A stretch of DNA of 64,000 nucleotides from an uncultured delta proteobacterium (GCA_963790475.1 CAWBOS010000010.1:1568001-1632000), one strand, 5' to 3'. Shown: positions 9,896 to 20,176, counted from the stretch's first letter. Numbers and translations are program-made. The notes: generated by a model not told the origin, from the letters alone.

Positions 9896-10660
9896 ATGTG
9901 TAAAAAAAACAAATCATTTATCCTTGGAGTTTGGCGTGACCCTGTTTGGAGTAAAGTCATTGCAATTGGGATCGTGGCATTAATAGGAGTTTCTTGGGCA
10001 TGGCTAAAGAATGATAATCGTATGGCTCCTAATATCATTGAGAAAAAAACTTTTCATCCTCAAGAAAAAGGGGGAAATGGAAAAACACCAGATTTTAATC
10101 CTGTTGAAGGGAAGCCTTCTTCTCCAAAGCCATTGGAAACAGATCAGGGGCAAGAAGTACCAAAAGAATTTGCTCTTTTAATAAATCGGGATATTCCTAT
10201 TCGTGTGGGCAAGTCAAATATAGCTATAGTAATTAAGTCAAGGAAAGATGAAAAGGGATTTACCCCTGAAAATTCCCTTTATAGTCTTTTAAGAACTGAA
10301 AAGGTTAACCTAATAGTTAATCTATTTAAGGAAAAATCATTTAAAGCAAAAGGATTCTTTAGAGAAATTTACGATGGAAACACGGATCTCTTAAGACAGG
10401 CAAAGGCTTTATCAAAAATTGATTTTCTTATCCTTGGAGAACTAAGTTACTCATTTCAAAAAGATTCAAAGATTGATAGCGACTTAATTTCATGTAACAT
10501 CAACTTCTCTTATAAAACCTTAAACAAGAACGCTGAAATTATTAAAAGTGATACTGTCAGTGTCATCGGGCCTGGTTTTTCTGAGAATGCGGCTTTGGGA
10601 CGTGGGTTAGAAATCCTTGCAGAGCAATATTCAGATAAAATATTAACTCCAAATCATTAA
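9896..10660 (+). CDS. membrane-anchored hypothetical protein
   Basis: DPVWSKVIA TM segment; C-terminal alpha/beta domain. Confidence 0.65.
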   Translation: MCKKNKSFILGVWRDPVWSKVIAIGIVALIGVSWAWLKNDNRMAPNIIEKKTFHPQEKGGNGKTPDFNPVEGKPSSPKPLETDQGQEVPKEFALLINRDIPIRVGKSNIAIVIKSRKDEKGFTPENSLYSLLRTEKVNLIVNLFKEKSFKAKGFFREIYDGNTDLLRQAKALSKIDFLILGELSYSFQKDSKIDSDLISCNINFSYKTLNKNAEIIKSDTVSVIGPGFSENAALGRGLEILAEQYSDKILTPNH

Positions 10661-10673
10661 AGGAGGAGATGAA

Positions 10674-11654
10674 ATGCATCGATTCTTGTCTGTAATAATC
10701 ATTTTATCAATCTTTTTATTATTAAATTCTAATCCTTCGATGGCTTACGACAAGGAGATAAAAAGCCTTTCCGCAAATATGGCAGAAAGTATTTCTAAGT
10801 TCCATAAAAAAACCATAGCCGTTGTTGATTTTACAGATTTACAGGGAAATGTGACAGAACTTGGTAGATTTCTTGCTGAGGAAATTTCAGCAGATTTAAC
10901 AATCGTAGCCCAAGGCTTTGAGGTAATTGATAGAACCCATTTAAAAACTATACTTGCTGAACACAAGCTCTCAATTTCAGGTCTTCTTAATCCTAATACT
11001 GTTAAAAAACTTGGACAAATTTCAGGAGTTGATGCGATTATAACAGGATCGGTTACCCCGTTTGGAGATAGTATCAGGGTCACAGCCAAAATGATAACAA
11101 CGGATACAGCCAGGATAATTGGGGCTGCCAATGGAAATATTGATAAGACAAAGGCTATTGAAGAACTTCTTGCAAAAGGGATAGGGACAGGTCGATCTTC
11201 TTCTGTAGACGATAGGAGTGAAGGTTCGCCCTTGTCGAAGAGCGAACGCCCCTTCTTTGATAGTTCCTTGCTTAGATTAGATGTTGTCTCATTTGAGCAA
11301 TCCGGTCCATATTTTCACCTTCTTTTGAAACATACTAATAAGACAAATCAGAGCTTAGAGATTAGAGCTATTGATCACAGAGAAAATACTTTCCTACAAG
11401 ATGATAACAACATCCAATTTAATTATGTTACGACCTATACAGCAGGCAGAAATAATGAATTGGAGTTGTCTGATCGCGGGCGTACCATTGAACTTCCACC
11501 CAACGGCTCAAGGGTTATATCTTTAAATTTTGAAGGTTCCTCCGTAGCTAAAGGAAAAAGATATTCTTTCTCGTCGAAATACGGATATCGCATAGGCAGT
11601 GGACGTTGGGCTCCATACAAGCCACTTTTCGTTAGTATTAAGGGGATTCAGTAA
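10674..11654 (+). CDS. secreted CsgG/FlgO-like protein with C-terminal Ig-like domain
   Basis: IAVVDFTDL.G..TELGRFLAEE, VIDR..L..IL.E, LG.I.GVDAI.TGS. Confidence 0.8.
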   Translation: MHRFLSVIIILSIFLLLNSNPSMAYDKEIKSLSANMAESISKFHKKTIAVVDFTDLQGNVTELGRFLAEEISADLTIVAQGFEVIDRTHLKTILAEHKLSISGLLNPNTVKKLGQISGVDAIITGSVTPFGDSIRVTAKMITTDTARIIGAANGNIDKTKAIEELLAKGIGTGRSSSVDDRSEGSPLSKSERPFFDSSLLRLDVVSFEQSGPYFHLLLKHTNKTNQSLEIRAIDHRENTFLQDDNNIQFNYVTTYTAGRNNELELSDRGRTIELPPNGSRVISLNFEGSSVAKGKRYSFSSKYGYRIGSGRWAPYKPLFVSIKGIQ

Positions 11655-11860
11655 GTTAACTCTCCTGAATCCGACAGAAATAATCGACAATTAGAAAAAC
11701 CTGGCTTGAACCAACGAAACAACATTATACACGCTCTAATGGAAATCCGACAAGGTATTAATATGAATTTCATCAATATGAATAACTTTAAAATACTTCT
11801 ATAAGAATTAACCCTTCTCAGATTAGGGCAAAGTAGTCCGATCAATTCCGTGATTACCCC

Positions 11861-12553
11861 ATGCTTATAAAAAATAGAATCCAAAGGATAGTTGCATTAA
11901 CAATTCTGCTATTCCTCAATCTTCCCGGTCTTTCCCAGGCGTGGTATGACAACACCCACTTAGCCATTGCCAAGGCAGCCGGATATCAGCAATGGTACAA
12001 TGCCGCTGGGCCGGACATCGCAAAAATCAAGGCAGGGGATAAGGAAGCCCGGAATCATTACTCCAATAATCCGCCTGGTTCGGTAATTACCCCTCAGATG
12101 ATTCTCGATCAAATAACAAGGTATGATGATCCCAGCGATGAAAAAGGCCACCTCTACGGGGCCATTGTAGCTTCCCTCCGGGACTATAGATCCGCTAAGG
12201 CTGCTGGGAAGTACGCCGTATATTATCTCGCCTACTGTGTCCATTACGTTGGCGACCTGTCCATGCCCCTCCATAATACCCTCTACAATTCGTTCAACCG
12301 GCAGAACCATGCAGCCATGGATGGAGCCGTAGATGATGAAGTTCTGGATCACTTGGACCGGATCAAGATCTACCCCATAAAGATCAATTCTGAAGACGAT
12401 CTGATCAAGGAAATAGCCAGAATAGCCAATCTCTCCATGAAATTGGGCTATCAGCTTGAGAAGGAGAATCGAAATTTGACCTAAGAGGAAGCTTATATTC
12501 AACTGGCCCACAGCACTTCCCTTTTCAAGGCCATTTTGGATTACGCTCGATAA
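11861..12553 (+). pseudogene. secreted S1/P1 nuclease / zinc phospholipase C-like protein with late in-frame TAA
   Basis: Mature N-terminal W...TH, HYVGDLSMPLH, H...D; TAA at 12482 followed in frame by EEAYIQLAHSTSLFKAILDYAR*. Confidence 0.75.
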
Positions 12554-12566
12554 GAAGGAGGATACT

Positions 12567-13244
12567 ATGAAGATTACAGCCATTGTTGGCAGCCCGAGAG
12601 GAGTTAAAGGGGCCACAGGCTCCCTCATGAAGATAGTTCTCCAGGGGGCTGAAAGCCTTGGAGCTACCGCCGAGATCTTCGCCATCAAAGGGCAAGAGGT
12701 AAAACCTTGCAAAGCCTGCAATACATGCCACAAGATGGGGTCATGCCCACAGAAAGACTCATTCAGAACGATCAAGGAGAGCATCGACAAGGCCGATGAC
12801 CTCATTCTCGCCAGCCCCAATTACATATTTCATGTTAGTGCTCAACTGAAAGCCTTCTTCGACCGCTGCTGCGGCGTGATCCATTGCCAGGGCTTTGAGG
12901 GAAAGTATGGTGTTGCGGTAGTTACTTCTGGAGGAGGGGATGAGGCCCCTATTGCGGACTACATACAGCATTTTCTGGCTACTACTGGGGCTATCCCTGT
13001 TGGTGCTGTATGGGCGACAATGGGTCAGATTCAGGACTATAACTTCCCTCCAGAATTAAGAGAAAAGGCCTTTACCTTGGGTCAGAGGCTTGTGAAGGCA
13101 TGGCGGGACAAAGAAACCAGCCCCGAGTACAAAAAGATTAGCCGGGAGTTCAAAAAAAGGATGCGTTCACTGATGCTCTGGCGTAAAGAGGAATGGCCCT
13201 ATGAGTACGAATACTGGAAGGCACACCAGGGTCTGAAGGGATAA
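12567..13244 (+). CDS. iron-sulfur flavoprotein / flavodoxin family
   Basis: GSPR..G.T, CxxCxxC(x5)C, ASPNY...VSAQLKAFFDR. Confidence 0.9.
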   Translation: MKITAIVGSPRGVKGATGSLMKIVLQGAESLGATAEIFAIKGQEVKPCKACNTCHKMGSCPQKDSFRTIKESIDKADDLILASPNYIFHVSAQLKAFFDRCCGVIHCQGFEGKYGVAVVTSGGGDEAPIADYIQHFLATTGAIPVGAVWATMGQIQDYNFPPELREKAFTLGQRLVKAWRDKETSPEYKKISREFKKRMRSLMLWRKEEWPYEYEYWKAHQGLKG

Positions 13245-13348
13245 GGCTGGCGGTCAACATCCGACTGCTGAGATGGAAAAACCGGTCGAAAGTCAGATTA
13301 CGATTTTATAGAAACAACAGTATAACAGCCTTGCCCATGTGAGATGGT

Positions 13349-13729
13349 ATGGTCATAAAGCTGAAAGCATCATATAAGGCCGCACTTCTATCCCTATTCG
13401 TCTTTCCTGGCCTTGGCCATCTCTATCTAAAAAGGTACTGGAGGGGTCTGGTTATCATGTTATTTTTCCTTACCGGAGTAAGCTATATGGTCTGGTTCAT
13501 CACGGCATCTGCTCTAAAGCGTCTTGACCGGGCAATGGTTATGATGAAGGGTGATATTACGAAATTGCAACACCTGCCAGACATTGTCGGATCAAAAATG
13601 TTAGTTACAGGACTCTATCAAGACGTTGTTTCCTATGTTATTATTTGCTTATGGATATTTGCCGTCATAGATGCCTATAGAATCGGAAGGCAGAGAGAAC
13701 TTCAAGACAAAGGGACTTCTAAAGTATAA
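13349..13729 (+). CDS. membrane protein (LLS..VFPGLGH.YL type)
   Basis: AALLSLFVFPGLGHLYL, W.FAVIDAYR. Confidence 0.75.
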   Translation: MVIKLKASYKAALLSLFVFPGLGHLYLKRYWRGLVIMLFFLTGVSYMVWFITASALKRLDRAMVMMKGDITKLQHLPDIVGSKMLVTGLYQDVVSYVIICLWIFAVIDAYRIGRQRELQDKGTSKV

Positions 13730-13752
13730 TTCCTTCATATCATCAGTGATAA

Positions 13753-15945
13753 ATGCCTACAAATAATCTCACCGATCTCCAAGGCCAAATTGAACGAATA
13801 ACCTATACCAATGATGAAAACGGTTATACCGTTGCCAAGGTAAAGGTCTATGGAAGACGGGACCTGGTAACGATTATCGGCAATATCATCAACCCCACAC
13901 CCGGTGAAATCATCAAAATGAAGGGGGAATGGGGCAACCATCCCAAATTTGGTGAGCAATTCAAGATTGTCTTTTGCCAGACCACAACCCCGGCCACGGT
14001 ATACGGCATCGAAAAATACCTGGGTTCAGGTCTGGTTAAAGGTATCGGTCCGGTTATGGCCAAACGGATCGTCAAGATGTTCAAGGAAGAGACCCTGAAT
14101 ATCATTGAACTGGAGATCGATAAACTCGCTGACGTTGAAGGGATAGGTAAAAAACGAATAGGTATGATCAAACATGCCTGGGAAGAACAGAAAGAGATCC
14201 GGGCGGTAATGATTTTTCTTCAATCCCATGGGGTCAGTTCCGGATACGCGGCCAAGATCTTCAAACAATATGGTAATGAGGCCATCAAGATTGTCCAGGA
14301 GAACCCCTATCGGCTGGCCACTGATATCTTCGGGATAGGATTTATCACCGCCGACAAGATAGCCGAGAAGCTTGGGTTTGCCAAAGACTCGGATCTGCGG
14401 GCCGGGGCCGGCATCCTCTACGTTCTCCAGGAAATGACCGATGAGGGTCATGTCTATTACCCCTATGAACCCCTGATTGTGAAATGCAAGGAGGTCCTGG
14501 ACATTGACCGGGAGGTTATTGTCAAGGCCTTGGGTACCCTGGCGGCCGACAAAGAGATCGTCATTGAGGACCTGAACCAGGATCTGGAGGCCTTCCAGGA
14601 GAACAACAAGGCGGTTTATCTGATTGGGTATCATATAGCCGAAACAAGCCTGGCCGCTCGCCTCAAGAGGCTCCTCACCACCCCGCAGGCGATTAGAGAA
14701 ATAGACTCAGAAAAGGCCATTCAATGGGTTCAGGCTAAGCTCTCCATCACCCTGGCCGATAAACAGGTCGAAGCCGTCCGATCTGCCGCTGGTAATAAGG
14801 TCATGATAATTACCGGGGGTCCCGGAACCGGCAAGACGACCATTATTACTGCCATCCTCAAGATATTCGCGGCCCTTAAAACCAAGATCATGCTGGCGGC
14901 CCCCACCGGAAGAGCGGCCAAACGGATGAGCGAAGCCACAGGGCACGAAGCCAAGACCATTCACCGGCTCCTGGAATACAATATGCGGAAAAGGGCCTTT
15001 GATAAGAACGACGAAAAGCCTCTGGATTGTCAACTCCTGATCATCGATGAAGCCTCCATGATCGACACCCTGCTCATGCATCATCTATTAAAAGCCATTC
15101 CACTAACCGCCACCTTTATCCTGGTTGGAGACGTAAACCAGCTCCCTTCCGTCGGGGCCGGGAATGTCTTAAGGGACATAATTGATTCAGGCGTAGCCCC
15201 AGTGGTCGAGTTAAATGAAATTTTCCGCCAGGCCCAGGAAAGCTCAATAATCGTCAATGCTCATAGGATCAACCAAGGTCTTACCCCGAACCTTAAGTCC
15301 AACCCGGATAAACTGGAAGATTTCTACTTTATCGAACAGGAGGATCCAGAAAAGGTCCTGGAGTTGATCATCAGCCTGGTCAAGGACCGGATACCGCATC
15401 GATTTGGGCTTAAGCACGGCACTGAGATTCAGGTCCTCACCCCTATGCACCGGGGGATAGTCGGGGCCGGGAACCTGAACATAGAGCTTCAGAAGGCCCT
15501 TAATCCGCGAGAAGATGGGGTCCTGCGGGGAGGAAGGACCTTTAAAGTCAACGACCGGGTTATGCAGATTGTCAATAACTACGACAAAGAGGTCTATAAT
15601 GGAGACATTGGGAGGATCGGCCTAATCGATGAAGAAGCCCAGGAGGTCACGGTGACCATCGATGACCGAAGGATTATCTATGACTACAGCGATCTGGATG
15701 AATTGGTCCACGCCTATGCTGTATCCATCCATAAATCCCAAGGCTCGGAATATCCGGCCGTGGTTATACCCATCCTCATACAGCATTATATCCTGCTCCA
15801 GAGGAATCTACTGTATACCGGGGTAACCAGGGGGAAAAAGTTGGTGGTGCTGGTCGGAACGAAAAAGGCCTTAGCTATAGCTATCAGAAACAACAAGACG
15901 GAGAAGAGATATACCCTGTTGCGGCAGAGATTAACGGCCAGGTAG
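13753..15945 (+). CDS. recD2: ATP-dependent RecD2-like DNA helicase
   Basis: N-terminal OB/HhH, ENPY.L, GGPGTGKTT, APTGRAAKR, IDEASM, GDVNQLPSV, AYAVSIHKSQGSEY. Confidence 0.95.
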   Translation: MPTNNLTDLQGQIERITYTNDENGYTVAKVKVYGRRDLVTIIGNIINPTPGEIIKMKGEWGNHPKFGEQFKIVFCQTTTPATVYGIEKYLGSGLVKGIGPVMAKRIVKMFKEETLNIIELEIDKLADVEGIGKKRIGMIKHAWEEQKEIRAVMIFLQSHGVSSGYAAKIFKQYGNEAIKIVQENPYRLATDIFGIGFITADKIAEKLGFAKDSDLRAGAGILYVLQEMTDEGHVYYPYEPLIVKCKEVLDIDREVIVKALGTLAADKEIVIEDLNQDLEAFQENNKAVYLIGYHIAETSLAARLKRLLTTPQAIREIDSEKAIQWVQAKLSITLADKQVEAVRSAAGNKVMIITGGPGTGKTTIITAILKIFAALKTKIMLAAPTGRAAKRMSEATGHEAKTIHRLLEYNMRKRAFDKNDEKPLDCQLLIIDEASMIDTLLMHHLLKAIPLTATFILVGDVNQLPSVGAGNVLRDIIDSGVAPVVELNEIFRQAQESSIIVNAHRINQGLTPNLKSNPDKLEDFYFIEQEDPEKVLELIISLVKDRIPHRFGLKHGTEIQVLTPMHRGIVGAGNLNIELQKALNPREDGVLRGGRTFKVNDRVMQIVNNYDKEVYNGDIGRIGLIDEEAQEVTVTIDDRRIIYDYSDLDELVHAYAVSIHKSQGSEYPAVVIPILIQHYILLQRNLLYTGVTRGKKLVVLVGTKKALAIAIRNNKTEKRYTLLRQRLTAR

Positions 15946-16107
15946 ATTGATGATTAGGGATGTACAGTTTCAAGACTGAGGACGAAAAATTTAACCAAGC
16001 TTCACCTATTGTCTATATTGTTTACGTTTAAATCGAGTTTATGGTACATTTCGGGAAAACCACTTAAAATAATTACATTGTTCTACATAAGGAGAGAGTT
16101 GTCACAT

Positions 16108-16626
16108 ATGTTTCATAGCCTTCTACCGTTCGTCATCATCATAATAGTCCTCTTGGTCGTCTCTGCCGTTATCAAGATCGTGTTGAGACGAAGAGCACGG
16201 GAGCCGCAGAACTACCCATACGAAAAGATGGACGCCTTATTCTCTCCTGCCGAGCGATCTTTTTTGGGTGTACTTGAACAGGCAGTCAACGGTCGTTACC
16301 GGTTCATGGGAAAAGTACGTTTGGCAGATATCGTGAGGGTAAAAGGCGGGATGAACAAAGGCAGTTGGCAAAACGCCTTCAACAGAATCCAGAACAAGCA
16401 TGTGGACATAGTGGGATGTGACCCAGCGACCCTGAACATCCAATTCGTGGTGGAACTTGACGACAGCACCCACGGCCAGTCGAGAAGACAAAGCCGAGAC
16501 CAGTTTCTTGACAACGCCCTTCAGACCGCTGGAATTCCAATCGTTCATGTTTCGGCGAAAAAGGGTTATTCATCACAGGATATCCAAGACGTGCTCTCGC
16601 AAGCAGGGGTAGTGACAAGAACGTGA
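16108..16626 (+). CDS. DUF2726 domain protein
   Basis: TM, L.SPAERSF, KVRLADI, KHVD.V.CD, VELDD.TH, RD.F...L..AGIP. Confidence 0.85.
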   Translation: MFHSLLPFVIIIIVLLVVSAVIKIVLRRRAREPQNYPYEKMDALFSPAERSFLGVLEQAVNGRYRFMGKVRLADIVRVKGGMNKGSWQNAFNRIQNKHVDIVGCDPATLNIQFVVELDDSTHGQSRRQSRDQFLDNALQTAGIPIVHVSAKKGYSSQDIQDVLSQAGVVTRT

Positions 16627-16759
16627 TTCTATAAATTATTGCGTCTCTGGGGTCGAAAATACCTAAGAAATTCAAAAAGCAATTCTTACCCTTCTTAGCT
16701 TTAAACTTTTCCAATTTGATTCAAAGGGCTTTAGTCTTCCTTTAACTTAAGCCAGCTAT

Positions 16760-17032
16760 ATGGATAACCCAGATCGAAGCAAATTCTATTTCCGAGACCT
16801 TCACCCCAACATCTACCTTGGAACGACTTCAGACCGTTACGCCGGATGGATCGGCCAGATTTATTCAAAGGACCGCTATGCTGGCAGGATTAACCGTCGA
16901 ACTAATGTCATAGGTGGGAAAAAGTTTATCGAAGAGGTCCTCCCGGTCGATAGCGTTGATGAATATTTCCAACATTTTCATTTTCCCGGAATCGATTATA
17001 CCTTCTTTCGTCCTCTTACTGAGTTCAGATGA
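16760..17032 (+). pseudogene. N-terminal fragment of DUF72 family protein
   Basis: IYLGT.SDRYAGW.GQIY...EYF.HF...IDYTFF.P, then stops. Confidence 0.7.
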
Positions 17033-17241
17033 GCCAGTGCGTCAATCCATTACTATGAGAATTATCGTTAGTGAAATGATATTTGTGAAATAAAATTGGA
17101 ATAAACGGAAATGTTTTTCCCTCCTAAAAAGGGAAATAAATCAGGAAAAAATGGAAATTTTCTTCATTTCTCAATAGTGCTCAAGTCTTTAGTTAAACAA
17201 TAAACCAATAAAAACAATCAATTAAAAAGTATTGAAGTTAG

Positions 17242-17257
17242 TGGCATCGGATTTGCT
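17242..17257 (+). promoter_or_regulatory. sigma54 (-24/-12) promoter
   Basis: TGGCATCGGATTTGCT, GG-N10-GC, after an AT-rich upstream region. Confidence 0.65.
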
Positions 17258-17315
17258 TAATACTTATTATCAGATGATCCAATTATCCAAAGATTTATAA
17301 TTAAGGTTAAAGTGA

Positions 17316-17507
17316 ATGGGGCAATTAATAAAGACAGAAAGCAATGGTGAGAAGATAGAGGCCTTAAAAAGGGCTTTAATCGGTATTAATAATAAGAGAA
17401 TGGAGGCTTTTTTATTACTGAATGCAACTCCGGAAGAATATTTGCCTGATATAGCGGAGTACCTTTGGATCCTTAATGGACTCAATAAAACAGGGAGAAG
17501 AAATTAG
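17316..17507 (+). CDS. small hypothetical protein, paralog of 8017-8205
   Basis: Clear similarity to 8017-8205. Confidence 0.7.
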   Translation: MGQLIKTESNGEKIEALKRALIGINNKRMEAFLLLNATPEEYLPDIAEYLWILNGLNKTGRRN

Positions 17508-17779
17508 GGATGGCTTTGGGCTGGAGGTGGATAGTAACATGACGGAGGGTTATAGCAACCCAGCTCCCAGCCCCAGCCCATAAGACCGCCGATAGTCAAT
17601 CCGGGAAAGAACTCCCCATACCCTCACCACCTACGATGTCCATACCTATCATATCTATATCCTCTATGCCATCCACGTTCACTATATCTTTCAGGCCCAC
17701 GGTAAGCTTCGGCCTGTATAGACGGCATGAATAGGGCTAACACAAAAAGAATGCTTAACAGACTAATGAGTTTTTTCAT
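17504..17779 (-). pseudogene. short paralog of the Gly/Arg-rich secreted protein, with internal TGA
   Basis: Near-identical signal peptide MKKLISLLSILFVL; after TGA (17624-26) continues GYGEFFPGLTIGGLMGW...YYPPP. Confidence 0.7.
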
Positions 17780-17923
17780 GTTCTTTCCTCCAGGCCTGTT
17801 TGGAACAGGCAACCGGCTTAACCTGGTCTTTTTTAAATGAGATTTAAAGGGACTGAATTTCTTACATTACCCTTCGATCAAGCCCAGTAAGCTTTAATAT
17901 GCAGAACACCAGCGTATGGCCAA

Positions 17924-18715
17924 TTATTGTTTTTTTAAGGTATACCCCCGGGCATCAAGGCAGGCACTGATCGCCCTAAGATAATCCCCGCTCTTTTGAA
18001 TTCTCTGAGCATCGGGGGCGTCCTCGGGTGGCGTTTGCGGATCAAAGCCTGCCTGATCAACAGCCCAGTCATGGCACTCGTCAAAATCCAGGGCCTGTTG
18101 CTCTTCACTCTGACCTTCTCGGGGGTAGATTAACATCCGGTTTTCCGATTCTTGGCTTGACAAGGGTGGCACCGGACTTCCCTCGACTGGAGGTGGATAA
18201 TATTCATCTGGAGGCAGTGGATAACCATAGTAAGGAGAGTAATAATATGGCCACAAGTTCCACCCTATGACTCCGCCGATAATCAATCCGGGCAAGAACC
18301 CTCTATGTCCACGAAATCCTCTATGTCTTCCATCCCGACGAAATCCATCATGTATTCCATCTCGACGAAACCCTCCAGGTATTCCATCCCTTCGGAACCC
18401 TCCAGATATTCCAGGCCTCCGAAACCCTCCGGATATTCCAGGCCCACGAAACCCTTCAGACCTTCCTGATCCACGAAAGCCTTCACGTCCTCCATCCCGA
18501 CGAAAGCCTTCATTTCTTCCGGATCCACGAAACCCTCCGGATATTCCAGGTCCACGAAACCCTTCAGACCTTCCAGGCCCGCGAGATCCTCCGGATATTC
18601 CATGCCCCCCAGATCCACGAGATCCTCTGGACCCACGGTCGGCCTCGGCCTGCTTAAGCGGCATGAATAGGGTCAACACAAAAAGGATGCTTAACAAACT
18701 AATGAGCTTTTTCAT
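17924..18715 (-). CDS. secreted Gly/Arg-rich repeat protein with C-terminal Cys domain
   Basis: Signal peptide; 9-aa repeats; Y/P-rich linker; IYP..GQS.EQQ..D..ECH.WA...Y.RA..ACL..RGY. Confidence 0.8.
   Translation of the reverse strand: MKKLISLLSILFVLTLFMPLKQAEADRGSRGSRGSGGHGISGGSRGPGRSEGFRGPGISGGFRGSGRNEGFRRDGGREGFRGSGRSEGFRGPGISGGFRRPGISGGFRRDGIPGGFRRDGIHDGFRRDGRHRGFRGHRGFLPGLIIGGVIGWNLWPYYYSPYYGYPLPPDEYYPPPVEGSPVPPLSSQESENRMLIYPREGQSEEQQALDFDECHDWAVDQAGFDPQTPPEDAPDAQRIQKSGDYLRAISACLDARGYTLKKQ
18300..18635 (-). repeat. 27-bp coding tandem repeats
   Basis: About 11-12 degenerate units encoding RGPGISGGF / RGSGRSEGF / RRDG..GF. Confidence 0.85.
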
Positions 18716-19080
18716 ACTCTCTCCCCGCCGGTTCGGAACAGGCAACCGCTTCAAACTGGTCTTTTTTACATAAGACTTTAAGGGGACTGAAAAGTTAAAG
18801 AATAACAAGCAAGACCATTTATACACTGGTTAACACCATGTTATATGGTAATACTTTTTAGCCCGTTATCAAGAGGGATCAAGTCTTAAAAGGAAAGGGG
18901 TAAAGTGGTAATCAGGACAGGCGGAGAAGAATCCTCTTTTTGCCTTCCCGGTATTTCTCCTTGACCCCACTTTTCCTTATATTATACTTCTTCCATCAAT
19001 AAACAAATTCTATCAATCATTCTCATCATTTTTTGCGACCTTCGCCCAACGGTGAAGGTGTCTTCAACTCAGGGGGAAAA

Positions 19081-19473
19081 ATGACCCTTCAAAATAGGCA
19101 TCGTCTTGCGGCATTATTAGCGATCATACCAGGGTTGCTTTCCATCAAGGAAGGCGGGAGCGTACTGCTCGGTCTCGTAACCAAGGACTATACTATTCTG
19201 CCCTGGCTCGTGTGGTACAATGTTGTCCTGGGATTCGCCTCAGTTATTATCGGTATTTGGTTGTGGAGGGAACGCAAGGGGAGCATCAAGATTGCAACAA
19301 CGATCCTTTCACTCCATGGCCTTGTCTTAATCATCCTCATCATTTTATTCTTTTTCAAGGCACCTGTGTCGTTAATCAGCATCACAGCGATGCTATTCAG
19401 GACAAGTATATGGATCGCAATCATTCTGTTATTGGGACTGAAGGGAAAAGAGCAAACCGGTAAGGCAAAGTAA
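19081..19473 (+). CDS. four-TM membrane protein
   Basis: Hydrophobic helices, LVWYN..LGF, AMLFRT.IW. Confidence 0.75.
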   Translation: MTLQNRHRLAALLAIIPGLLSIKEGGSVLLGLVTKDYTILPWLVWYNVVLGFASVIIGIWLWRERKGSIKIATTILSLHGLVLIILIILFFFKAPVSLISITAMLFRTSIWIAIILLLGLKGKEQTGKAK

Positions 19474-19630
19474 CCTGAGATCCCACTCAAACCCAAAACA
19501 CTTGAACTTAAGATCGACTCATCAGATTCCCAGCTTCCTTCTACCTGCCTTTAGGTTTAATTGACCAGTTCACCTATATGTTGTATACTATAATGGTTAG
19601 TAAAGGGTGTATTGGAGAGGAGGATATGAG

Positions 19631-20014
19631 ATGACGCTTCTGGAAGACTGGAAAAAGAAGACGGAAGAAGGCTTGAAGAAAATAAAGGAGAAAGCCGATG
19701 TCATTGCCTTCAACTTAGAGAAATTGGCGAAAATCGGCAAACGGAAGAGGGAGATCGTGAGGATCCAGAGGAGGACACGGAAACTCTACTTAGAAATCGG
19801 GGAGTACGTTTACGACGAGTGCACCATGGAAGAACCTCTTACCAACGAAGCACCTTTCCTGAAGGAGAGGGTCTCTTCGATAAGCCAGATGAAGGTGGAT
19901 ATACAGAAGATAGAGGCGGAGATAGAGGAGCTGCGGAGGATGCAGCCGCCCAAGACTGAAGAAAAAACCCAAAAGGAATTGGGTGAGGTTGATTCAAAAG
20001 ATATTCAAAGTTGA
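19631..20014 (+). CDS. coiled-coil hypothetical protein
   Basis: KIGK.K.EI........LY.EIGEYVY; GGAGG RBS. Confidence 0.7.
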   Translation: MTLLEDWKKKTEEGLKKIKEKADVIAFNLEKLAKIGKRKREIVRIQRRTRKLYLEIGEYVYDECTMEEPLTNEAPFLKERVSSISQMKVDIQKIEAEIEELRRMQPPKTEEKTQKELGEVDSKDIQS

Positions 20015-20176
20015 TCCCCTAATCTATCCCGGCAATAATCCATAACGATATCCACTTAAACATCCCCATTAAAGCTTTAATCCTTTAACTTCAATAATAA
20101 TTCAACAAACCCATCGCGCCCAACCCTACCGGATTAATTAAGGCTGAAGTCATTCGGACTAACTTTCAATTTTCTC

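Noticed and set aside
11960-12820. 286-aa ORF on the minus strand
   Set aside because: Antisense overlap of two genes with clear motifs.
17624-17626. Selenocysteine or recoded TGA
   Set aside because: The position corresponds to Arg in a low-complexity tract (CGA to TGA is likely); no Cys/redox context, and other genes use TGA as a normal stop.
18300-18635. CRISPR-like array
   Set aside because: 27-bp degenerate tandem units with no unique spacers, in frame within a CDS; no cas genes in the window.
18267-18773. Pro-rich ORF on the + strand
   Set aside because: Antisense shadow of the Gly/Arg repeat gene, which has the signal peptide and a recognisable domain.
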